DNA of 64,000 nt from Malacoraja senta (lineage: Eukaryota): NCBI GenBank assembly GCA_038087875.1, contig CM075995.1, positions 9,734,001-9,798,000 on the forward strand, written 5' to 3'. This document shows, in pieces, positions 23,492 through 35,700 of this stretch; position 1 is the stretch's first letter; each line of letters opens with the position of its first letter. Under the pieces are notes generated by a model that was given only the letters and a program-made list of their open reading frames with translations, was not told the DNA's origin and ran no database searches. A program made the position numbers and the translations under genes.

Positions 23492-26400
23492 CGCTGCATG
23501 TGTGCGTGTGAGCACATGTGCATCTGCGTGCGTGTGTCTGATTGCGTGCACGTCTCCGTGCGAGCCAGTGTGCGTGTGTGTGCAAGTGTCAGTGTGCGTG
23601 TGTGCGCGTCAGTATAAGTGCGTGCGTATGTGTCAGTGTGCGTGTGTGTGTGTCAAGTGTAAGTGCGTGCGTATGTGTCAGTGTGCATGTGTGAGTGAAT
23701 GCGGGCGTGTCAGTGTGCGTGTGTGCTTCAGTGTGAGTGCGTGTGTGTGCATCAGTGGGAGTGCGTGCGTATGTGTCAGTGTGCGCGTGAGTGTAAGTGT
23801 GTGTGTATGTGTCAGTGTGTGTGTGTTTGCATCAGGGTGCATGAGTGTCAGTGTGCATCAGCGTGCATCAGCGTGCGTGCGTGAGAGTGCATGCGTGTCA
23901 GTGTGAGCGCATGCGTATGTGTCAGTGTGCGGGTGTGTGCGTCAGAGGGCGTGCGTGTCAGTATGCATCAGCATGAGTGCGTACATCAGCGTGCATGTGT
24001 CAGCGTACGTGTGTGCGTCAGTGTGCATGCGTGTGTGCATCAGGGTGCGTGCGTCTGTGCATCAGGGTGCGTGCGTCTGTGCATCAGTGTGCGTGCGGCA
24101 GTGTGCGTGCGTGCGTCAGGGGGTGTGCGTGTGCGTCAGTGTGCATGCATCAGGGTGCGTGCGTCAGTGTGCGTCAGGGTATGTGCATGTGTGCATCAGT
24201 GTGTGTGTGCATGCGTTTGTGCATCAGGGTTCGTTCGTGTGCCTGCGTGTGCATCAGTGTGTGTGTGCATCAGTGTGCGTGTGTGCGTGCATGTGTCCAT
24301 CAGTGTGCGTGCGAGTGTGCATCAGTGTGCGTGCGTCAGTGTGCGTGCGTGCATGCACACGTGTGCGTCAGTGTGCATGTGTGTCAGTGTTTGTGGCATC
24401 AGAGTGCGTGCGGGTGTGTCAGTGTGCATCAGCGTGCGTGCGTGCATCAGCTTTGCAGTTGTGTGCATGTATGTGCGCGTGCATGCATGAAGCCAATGCG
24501 TGTGTGTGAGTGTGAGAGGCCGGTGTGTGCTCATCTTTTTCCTCATCTCTGTCCTAAATGGCCTACCCCTTATTCTTAAACTGTGACCCCTGGTTCTGGA
24601 CTCCACCAAAATCGGGAACAGTTTTCCTGCATCTTGACTGTCCAATCCCTTGAGAATTTTATATGTTGCTATGATCCCCTTTGATCCTTCTAAATTCCAG
24701 TAAATACAAGCCCAGTCAACCCATTCTTTCATCATGTCAGTCCTGCCATCCTGGAAATTAATCTGGTGAACCTACGCTGCACTCCCTCAATAGCAAGAAT
24801 GTCCTTCCTCAAATTAGGAGACCAAAACTGCACACAATACTCCAGGTGTGGTCTCACCAGGGCCCTGTACAACTGCCGCAGGATATCCTTGCTCCTAAAC
24901 TCAAATCCTCTCGCAATGAAGCCCAACATCCCATTAGCTTTCTTCACTGCCTGCTGTACCTGCATGCTTACTTTCAGTGACTGATGTACAAGCACACCCA
25001 GGTCTCGTTGCACCACCCCTTTTCCTAATCTGACACCATTCAGATAATAATCTGCCTTCCTGTGCTTGCCACCAAAATGGATAACCACGCATTTATCCAC
25101 ATTATACTGCATCTGTCAAGCATTTGCTCACTCACCCAACCTATGCAAGTCACCCTGCAACCTCATAGCATCCTCATCGCAGCTCACACTGCCACCCAGC
25201 TTTTTGTCATCCGCAAACTTGGAGATGTTACATTTAATTCCCTCGTCTAAATCGTTAATATATATTGTAAATAACTGGGGTCCCAGCACCAAGCCTTGCG
25301 GCACCCCAGTAGTCACTGCCTGCCATTCTGAAAAGGACCCATTAATTCCTACTTTTTGCTTCCTGTCTGCCAACCAGTTCTCTATCCATGTCAATACCCT
25401 ACCCCCAATACCACGTGCTCTAATTTTGCACCCTGATCTCTTGAGTGGGACCTTGTCAAAGGCTTTTTGAAAGTCCAGATACACCACATCCACTGGCTCT
25501 CCCTTATCCATTCTACTTGTTACATCACCAAAAAATGCCAGAAGATTAGTCCAGAATAATTTCCCCTTCATAAATCCATGCTGACTTTGACTGATCCTGT
25601 CACTGCCTTCCGAATACGCTGCTATAACAACGTAATTAATCGACTCAAGCATCTTCTCCATTACAGATGTAATAGGCCTGTCCCACTTAGGCGGCTTTTT
25701 AGGTGACTGCATGAGACTATGCAGTCGCCACATGGTCGCCACATGTTCGCGGGTGGTTGCCGGGGAGTCGCCTTCATGGTCGCGAGGAGTTCCTGCGTTC
25801 TGGGAACTGGTCGCGGCCTCATTATGGTCGCCGCACATTTTTCACCATGTTGAAAGATTTGTGGCAACGAGAATGAAGCCGCCATGGAGAGTAGCGAGAA
25901 TTCTCGTGCCATAGGAGGGTCGCCAGGAGGTCCTAATGGATTGTCAGGAGGTCGAAGGTTCTCGTAAGTTGGAGCCGGTGCTGACCGGTGAATTTCATTT
26001 ACTCATTGGGGTAAAAAAAGGTAAGCAGTCGTTTTCAGAACCAAGGATACCCGACCGGTAACGTCAAATGTCGTTAAATGTAACGTTAAATGTCGAACTT
26101 CACAGCCGTGTATCTCTGGCTTCTTAAAAGTTATCTCCACTCCTTCTCCCCCCCTTTTTAAAAGGACTTACTATACACTGTGCTTTAGCTGTCTTAATTA
26201 CAGCGCCAACCTTCCTGTTCATCGCGGTGTGTGTCTGTATCACCTTGGCTTTGCACAATCTGAATTTTTTAGACAGTGCTCCGCCTGCTTGCCCTGTCCC
26301 CTGCCTGCATAACGGGCTGGTGAAGGAAGCGATGCGTTTGTGTGTGTTCCACTCTGACAGTCGCCGTTCCAGTTGCCAGTTTTTCAGGCGACTTGACAGT

Positions 26401-26661
26401 CACCGGCAGTCCGCTGAAAAATCACCTAAGTGGGACAGGCCCATAAGGCTAACTGGTCTATAATTCCCCGTCTTCTCTCTCCCTCCTTTCTTAAAAAGTG
26501 AAGTTACATTGGCTACCCTCCAGTCCACAGGAACTGATCCAGAGTCGAGAGAACATTGGAAAATGATCACCAATGATTAGTCAAGCATGATTTCCCCTTC
26601 ATAAATCCATGCTGACTTTGACCGATCCTGTCACTGCTTTCCAAATGTGCTGCTATAACGA

Positions 26662-26744
<83 letters not shown>

Positions 26745-29700
26745 TTACCTTGATGGCATTGATGTACTGCTTGGCAAATTTCTCACACTCGTCCACCTTC
26801 TCTCTGTTCTTCTCAACCTCCTGCAAGATTTTCTACAAAAGCACAACACTTGGATTAGAGCAGTCCGTGCAACAGGTGGTCACAGTCAGCTCAACCCCCT
26901 GGGATCTGGTCTGTGGTGCCCAAGTGGAGCTTCTCCACACCCTCCCCCCGCCCAACATCCCTAGTCCATGCCCGACCCTCTCTGCGGTCCACACCTGCTC
27001 CCTCTCCCCCACTGTCCCCCCTCTCCCCCACTGTCCCCCCTCTCCCTCCCATTGTCTCCCCTCTCCCCTAGTGTCCCCTCTCTCCCCCAGTCCCCCACTG
27101 TCCCCCCTCTCCCCTAGTGTCCCCCTCTCCCCCACTGCCCCCCTCTCCCTCCCACTGCCCCCCCTCTCCCTCCCACTGCCCCCCCTCTCCCTCCCACTGC
27201 CCCTCCCACTGCCCCCCCCCCTGGTCCACACCTGCTCCTGCTGCAGCTGCTGCCTCAGTGCACCACTGTCCCTGATGGGCACTGCCTGCAGCTTTTCCTG
27301 CCGCTCCTTGGCACCCTGCATCCAGTGCAGTAGCCAGTCATGGGCCTGGCGGTAGTAGTGGAGCTGGCGTCCGAGCTGCTCCAACTCTCGGGCACGGCTG
27401 TCGATCTGGCCCAGGACAGCCTGCCAGTGGTCGCGGAGCTGCTGCACGGACTCCCGGTACCGGTCCAGGTCCACGTCTCTCTCACTGTGGCTCTGCAACA
27501 TCCGCTCGCTCACTGCACGCGCACTGCCCAGCTCCCCTTCCAGGCTGTCAAAGAGAGGCCGGTGTCCCTGCACCTCCGCACGCATGCCCTGGACAAAGGC
27601 AGCAACACCAGCGGTCAGCCATGCTCAGCTGTGGTCAGTGTGGGGTACGTTAGGGAGGGGGTACGTTGGGGTTGGGGTGTACAAAAGAACTGCAATGCTG
27701 GTTTAAATCAAAAGTTCACACAAAATGCTGGAGTAACTCAGCGGGACAGGCAGCATCTCCGGAGACAAGGAATGGGTGACGTTTCGGGTCGAAAACCTTC
27801 TTCAGACTGAGATATCTCTGTCCCGCCCACTCCTCAGTCCACCTGGCCAATCAATCAAGATCCTGCTGCAATCTTTCACAACCATCTTCACTGTCTGCAA
27901 AACCACTCACTTATGTATCAGCAAACTTATTAATCTTGCCCTGTATGTTCTCATCCAAATCATTGATGTAGATGACAAACATAAACGGGCCCAGCACCGA
28001 ACCCTGAGGCACACCACTAGTCACAGGCCTCCAGTCCAAGAATCAACCTTCCACCATCACCCTCTCCTTCCTTCCATGGAGCCACTTTGCTATCCATTCA
28101 GCTATCTCTCCTTGGATCCCACGCGATCTAACCTTCCAGAGCAGCCTACCATACGCAACCTTGTCGAACGCTTTGCTGAAATCCATGTACACATCTACAG
28201 CTCTGCCCTCATCAACCTTTTTGGTCACGTCTTCAAATCAGATTTGTGAGACACGACCTCCCACGTACAAAACCATGCTGACGATCCCTAATCAGCCCAT
28301 CCAAATGCCTGTATATCCCATCCCTCAGAATACTCTCCAGTAACTTTCCAACTACAGGTGTTAAGCTCACCGGCCTATAGTTCCCAGCATTTTCCCTCAG
28401 CCCTTCTTGAATAGAGGCAGAACATTTGCCACCCTCCAGTCTTCCGGCACCTCTCCTGTATTTCAAGACAACTCGTAAATTTAAACCAGGGCTACAGCAA
28501 TGTCCTCTCTAGTTTCCCACAATGTCCTCGGATATAACTGATCAGGCCCTGGAGATTTGTCTACCTTCATACACGACAGTACCTTCAGCACCTCGTCGAC
28601 CATTACACTGACTGCTCTCAAGACATTTCCATTGACTGCCCCGTTCCTCCGTCTTCCTGCCTTTCTCCTCGGTAAATACAGAGGAGAAATACTCATTGAG
28701 GACCTTGCCCATCTCCTGTGGCTCCACACAGAGGTTCCTGAGGGGTCACTCTCTCTTTCTAGTTACTCTTTTCCCCCTTATGTATTTATAAAATCTCTGG
28801 GGATTGCTACTAATGCTATTTGCCAGAGCTGTCTCCTGGCCCCTTTATGCCTTTCTGATGTCCTTTTTCACATAGTTCCTGAAACTCCTCCAGGGATACA
28901 CTTGATCCCAGCTGCCTATACCTGTCCCATGCGTCCTTTTTTATTCTTAACCAATGCCTCTATTTCTCTCGTCAGCCAACCTTCCTGACGTTTGCCTGCT
29001 TTGCCCTTCACTCTAACGGGGATGTACATATCCTGAGCTTTTGTCAGTACACTTTTAAAATCATCCCACTTGGCTGATGTTCCTTTCCCCTCAAATAACC
29101 TGCTCCAGTCAACTTGAGCGAGACCTTATCTTATACCCTCAAAGTTGGCCTTACCCCAATTTAGCATTTAACACGTGGACCCTCTCTGTCCCTATCCATA
29201 ACTATCTTAAACCAAATCGAACAGTGGTCACTGGTCCCAAACATTAGGGTGGGGGTACGTTGGGGAGGGAGTACTTTTGGCAGCGTAGGGTACGTTGGGG
29301 TGGGGGTACGTTGGGCAGCGTAGGGTACGTTGGAGAGGGGGTACGTTGGGCAGCGTAGGGTACGTTGGGGTGGCGTTACGTTCAGCAGCGTAGGGTACGT
29401 GGGGGGGGGAGGTACGTTGGGCAGCGTAGGGTACGTTGGGGAGGGGGTACGTTGGGCTGGGGGTACGTTGGGCAGCTTAGGGTACGTTGGGGGGGAGGTA
29501 CGTTGGGCAGCGTAGGGTACGTTGGGGTGGGGGTACGTTGGGGTGGGGGTACGTTGGAGAGAGGGTACACCTGCCACTGCCAGGCATGCCCTCCGGACTC
29601 AGTCATTCTTACCGCTTCCTGTCTGCCAGATTAGACTAATGTAGAACCCACAATCTCACTCACATATCAAACTTTATATAATTATATCAAAATTTATCAA

Positions 29701-32700
29701 AGTCATTTGCAAGAGCCAAAAGCACCACTTTGCTAATCTGTTTGGTTAGTTGTACACTGTCAGTAAACCCTGGGACTGATGCTACCTACTGTCGCCTTGT
29801 TTACGACGACTCCTTGCAGCATCTGGGTGACCACTCCATCATCTCCCATTATCCTTCTCAAACCCTGGCCTGACATCAGGGGAACAGGAGCCAGTTACTG
29901 AGCAGGACCAGAAAGGTTGTCATTGGATTACTGCTCCAGCCCGTGTGTCCATGATGGCTGAGGATGGTGCAGGGGGTGGCTTAAGGCTCCCTGCATCACT
30001 GGAGATGATCAAACGTTGTGTGGGTACAGTCCAGGAACAATCAGGTTGTGGCTGATTACAGATCACTGCACAGTGAACAGGAGATGGAGGAACAGATGTG
30101 GCAGCAGCTATCAAAGACCAACCAGGGAAGATTACTGGGTCAAATCTTGAGGGGAGAGGAACACAGCGAGTCAGCCAGCATCCTGTCACTTCCGAGGTGG
30201 CTGCTTGCTTGTGACATGATGTTGTACACACTCCCACACACACCCACCTTCAGCTGTTGTTTGTAAGACTCCAGAGATGTGCTATCAGCGGGAACACTGT
30301 TCACATCTTTCAGCTGCTTCTCGTACTTCTTCACCAGGTCTTCAGCCTCTTGCGTGACGCGAATCACAACCTCGATGGTCTTCAGCCTGCAGAGGGGGCA
30401 AGATCCTCAGTGACACAGGGACACTTTCAGCTGCACTGCATACTGACGCAGGGACCATTCCTGTCATGATGATCAAGTGCAACAGGCAATGTCAGCTTTG
30501 ATGGTGGGTGCACATGCACACGTGAGGATCCACGGTGAGGGTGCACACGCACACGTGAGGATTGATGTAAGTTAATGTGAGCCAATGTACCTCCACTTTT
30601 TAAGAAAGGAGGTAGAGAGAAAATGGGGAATTATAGACCAGTTAGCCTAGCATCGGTTGTGGGGAAGATGTAGGGGAAGATGTAGGGGAAGCATCGGTTG
30701 TGGGGAAGAGTCAATTATTAAAGATGTAATAACAGCACATTTGGAAAGCAGTGACAGAATCGGTCAAAGTCAGCATGGATTTATGAAGGGGAAATCATGC
30801 TTGATTAATCTACTGGAATTTTTTGAGGATGTAGAAAGTAGAATGTATAAGGGAGAGCCAGTGGATGTGGTGTATCTGGACTTTCAAAAAGCCTTTGACA
30901 AGGTCCCACACAAGAGATTAGTGCAAAATTAGAGCACATGGTATTGGGGGTAGGGTATTGACATGGATAGAGAACTGGTTGGCAGACAGGAAGCAAAGAG
31001 TAGGAATTAACGGGTCATTTTCAGAATGGCAGGCAGTAACTAGTGGGGCGCCACAAGGCTCGGTGCAGGGACCCCAGTTATTTACAATATATATTAACGA
31101 TTTAGACGAGGGAATTAAATGTGGCACCTCCAAGTTTGCGGATGACACAAAGCTGGGTGGCAGTGTGAGCTGCGATGAGGATGCTGTGAGGCTACAGGGT
31201 GACATGGATAGGTTGGGTGTGTGGGCAGAAGCATGGCAGATGCAGTATAATGTGGATAAATGTGAGGTTATCCACTCTGGTGGGAAGAACAGGAAGGCAA
31301 ATTATTATCTGAATGGTGTCAGATTAGGAAAAGGGAGGGTGCAACAAGACCTGGGTGTGCTTATACATCAGTCACTGAAAGTAAGCATGCAGGTACAGCA
31401 GGCAGTGAAGAAAGCTAATGGCATGTTGGCCTAAATTGCTAGAGGATTTGAGTACAGGGGCAAAGAGTTCCTACTGCAGTTGTACAGGGCCCTGGTGAAA
31501 GCGCACCTGGAGTATTGTGTGCAATTTTGGTCTCCTAAATTGAGGAAGAACATTCTTGCTATTGAGGGAGTGCAGCATAGGTTCACCAAGTTAATTCCCG
31601 GGATGGCGGGTGTGACATATGATGAAAGAATGGGTCTAATGGGCTTATAGGGCCGAATGGCTCGGTGCCAAATGGCCTACTCCGGCACCTATTTTCTATG
31701 TTGAATGGTGACGGTGCACTTGAGGTGTGACAGTACACGTGGATACGTGAGGTGAGACGTGACAGTGCACGCGGACACGTGAGGTGTGACGGTACACGCG
31801 GACACGTGAGGTGGGACGGTGCACGCGGACACGTGAGGTGTGACAGTACACGCGGACACGTGAGGTGTGACAGTGCACGCGGACACGTGAGGTGTGACGG
31901 TGCACGCGGACACGTGAGGTGGGACGGTGACAGTGCACGCGGACACGTGAGGTGTGACAGAGCACGCGGACACGCGAGGAGTGACGGTACACGTGGACAT
32001 GTGAGGTGTGACGGTACACGTGGACACGTGAGGTGTGACGGTGACGATACACGTGGACACGGGAGGTGTGACGGTACACGTGGACACGTGAGGTGTGACG
32101 GTGACGATACACGTGGACACGTGAGGTGTGACGGTGACGATACACATGGACACGTGAGGTGTGACGGTACACGTGGACACGTGAGGTGTGACGGTGACGA
32201 TACACGTGGACACGTGAGGTGTGACGGTACACATGGACACGTGAGGTGTGACGGTGACGATACACGTGGATGTGAGGTGTGACAGTACACGCGAGGTGAT
32301 GGTGACAGAGCACGCGGACACGTGTGGTGTGATGGTGACAGTGCACACGGACACGTGAGGTGTGACGGTGACAGTGCACGCGGACACGTGAGGTGTGACA
32401 GTGACAGTGCACGCGAACACGTGAGGTGTGACGGTGACAGTGCACGCGGACACGTGAGGTGTGACAGTACACGCGGACACGTGAGGTGTGACGGTGACGG
32501 TACACGCGGACACGTGAGGTGTGACGGTGACGGTACACGCAGACACGTGAGGTGTGACAGTGACGGTACACGCGGACACGTGAGGTGTGACAGTACACGC
32601 GGACACGTGAGGTGTGACGGTGACGGTACACGCGGACACGTGAGGTGTGACGGTGACGGTACACGCGGACACGTGAGGTGTGACAGTGACGGTACACGCG

Positions 32701-35700
32701 GACACGTGAGGTGTGACAGTACACGCGGACACGTGAGGTGTGACGGTGACGGTACACGCGGACACGTGAGGTGTGACAGTACACGTGGACACGTGAGGTG
32801 TGACGGTGACGGTACACGCGGACACGTGAGGTGTGACAGTACACGCGGACACGTGAGGTGTGACGGTGACGGTACACGCGGACACGTGAGGTGTGACAGT
32901 ACACGTGGACACGTGAGGTGTGACGGTGACGGTACACGCGGACACGTGAGGTGTGACGGTGACGGTACACGTGGACACGTGAGGTGTGACGGTGACGGTA
33001 CACGTGAGGTGTGACGGTGACAGTACACGTGAGGTGTGACGGTGACGGTACACGTGGACAGTGAGGTGTGACGGACAGTGCACGTGGACACGCGAGGTGT
33101 GACGGTGACAGTACACGCGAGGTGTGACGGTGATGGTACACGTGGACACGTGAGGTGTGACGGTGACGGTACACGCGGACACGTGAGGTGTGACGGTGAC
33201 AGTACACGTGAGGTGTGACGGTGCACATGGACACGTGAGGTGTGACCGTACACGCGGACACGCGAGCACATAGTCTGGACTATGCATGAGGCTTGATGCC
33301 ATATTTGACAAGGCAGTGGTGCATGGGAAACGATGACATTGTCAGAGTGGTGGGCAGCAGGAACTGGAGCAAGCGTGAACCACCACACAACACGTTGGCA
33401 GTACCTGAGCCTGCCTCTCCACCACTTCTGGCTTGGACGGTTCCCAGTGGTGGAGGAGCAACNNNNNNNNNNNNNNNNNNNNNNNNNNNNNNNNNNNNNN
33501 NNNNNNNNNNNNNNNNNNNNNNNNNNNNNNNNNNNNNNNNNNNNNNNNNNNNNNNNNNNNNNNNNNNNNNNNNNNNNNNNNNNNNNNNNNNNNNNNNNNN
33601 NNNNNNNNNNNNNNNNNNNNNNNNNNNNNNNNNNNNNNNNNNNNNNNNNNNNNNNNNNNNNNTGGTGGTAGAGGGGGGTCTAGAGCGAACATGTGGAGTC
33701 CCTTGTGTGATGTTACAGTAATGCCCCCTCCCCCACCTGTTGGTCTCTCAGCCGCTGCCCACAGTCCAGCAGTGCGTCGCGGCCCAGTGGCTGCCGGATC
33801 TTGTGGACGGTTCTATCTTCGCACCGCTCCAGCTGCAGCCGGATGTCCTTCAGCTGTGTCACAAATGTCTTGCAGCTCTGCTCCACCTCCTCACCTGCAG
33901 TGGTGACCACGACACAGTTATAGCCCACCCCCAACATCTGCCCGTCCCACCCCAACATCTGTCCTTCCCCCCCAACATCTGCCCATCCCACCCCAACATC
34001 GCCCATCCCACCCCCCACACCTGCCCCTCACCCCCAACATCTGCCCGTCTCACCCCCAACATCTGCCCGTCCCACCCCAACATCTGTCCCTCCCCCCAAC
34101 ATCTGTCCTTCCCACCCCCACATCTGCCCCTCAGCCCCCACACCTGCCACTCACATCTGTCCTTCTCACCGCCCACATCTGCCCATCCCACCCCCCACAT
34201 CTGCCCGTCCCACCCCCCACACCTGCCCCTCACCCCCCACATCTGCTCTTCCCACCCCCCACATCTGCCCGTCTCACCCCCACATCTGCTCGTCTCAACC
34301 CCAACATCTCTCCCTCCCCCAACATCTGTCTGTCTCACCCCCAACATCTCATCCCCCTGTAGCTGACCCTTGACCCGCCTTGCACGATGTACGTGTGGTG
34401 CGTCATGTGACCCCTGCCCTGCCCACCCCGTGTACATGACTCACCGCCCCGTGTACGTGCCCCCGCCCCGTGTACATGACCCCCCCGCCCCGTGTACATG
34501 ACCCCCCGCCCCGTGTACATGACCCCCCGCCCCGTGTACATGACCCCCCCGCCCCGTGTACATGACCCCCCGCCCCGTGTACATGACCCCCCGCCCCGTG
34601 TACATGACCCCCCGCCCCGTGTACATGACCCCCCGCCCCGTGTACATGACCCCCCGCCCCGTGTACATGACTCCCCGCCCTGTGTACATGACACCCCGCC
34701 CCGTGTACATGACTCCCCGCCCCGTGTACGTGCCCCCGCCCCGTGTACATGACCCCCCGCCCCGTGTACATGACTCCCCGCCCCGTGTACGTGCCCCCGC
34801 CCCCTGCCCACCCACCTTTCTCCAGGCTGTGAAGCAGCTTGTCGTAGTGCTGTGTAGTCAGGCGATATTCCCTCTCGATCTGCAGCCGGTCGTCTGGACC
34901 AAACACGTGCGAGTCCTGGCTCAGCCGCAGGAAGTCCTGATAATGCAGCTCCAGTGAGGACAGCAGACGCTGGTACTCCTCAGTGTCCAGGCTCCGGAAC
35001 TGTTGGGGGCACAAGACACCGTCAGCGGGAAACAGGGGCCCACCACCAGCAGGACCCACGAGGGCACCAGGGCTGAGGGAGGGAGAGAGAGGGGGTGAGG
35101 GGCTGAGTGGGTGGGGAGGCAGAGGGAGGGGATGACAAAGTGGGTGGGGTGAGGGAGTGAGAGGGGAGGGTTGACTCACCAGGAGCAAGGTCCATGAGCG
35201 TACGAGGTGCATGTCACGGTTGAGGCAAAGCCAGGGCAGGAGGGAGTGGGGGTGAAGGTGAGGGGGGGGGGGGGTGGGGGCGATGAAGGGTTTGGGAGGG
35301 TGAGGGGACAGGGGGGGGTGAGGGGGCGGGGGTGATGGACGGGGGGGGCGAGAGGGGCCAGGGGGGGAGGGAGAGGGGACAGGGGGGGGAGGGGAGAGGG
35401 GACAGGGGGGGAGGGGAGAGGGGACGGGGGGGGAGGGGAGAGGGGACGGGGGGGGAGAGGGGAAGAGGGGACAGGGGGGGGAGAGGAGACAGGGGGAGGG
35501 AGAGGGGACAGGGGGGGAGAGGGGACAGCGGGGTGAGGGGACGGGGGGGTGAGGGGACGGGGGGGTGAGGGGACGGGGGGGTGAGGGGACGGGGGGGTGA
35601 GAGGGGACAGGGGGGGTGAGGGGACAGGGGGGGGGGAGAGGGGACAGGGGGGGGGAGAGGGGACAGGGGGGGAGGTGGGGAAGAGGGGATGGGGGGGAAA

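Noticed and set aside
31583-33388. 500-600 aa repetitive ORFs and a CRISPR-like appearance of regular repeats
   Set aside because: Head-to-tail minisatellite without unique spacers, in a vertebrate intron, with no cas genes.
33385-33425. Plus-strand [11 protein letters not shown] resembling plectin VLALPEPSPA of the missing exon 25 (possible inversion)
   Set aside because: The similarity is limited to ~8 residues, flanking residues do not match, and no fitting splice sites were found. Probably coincidence.
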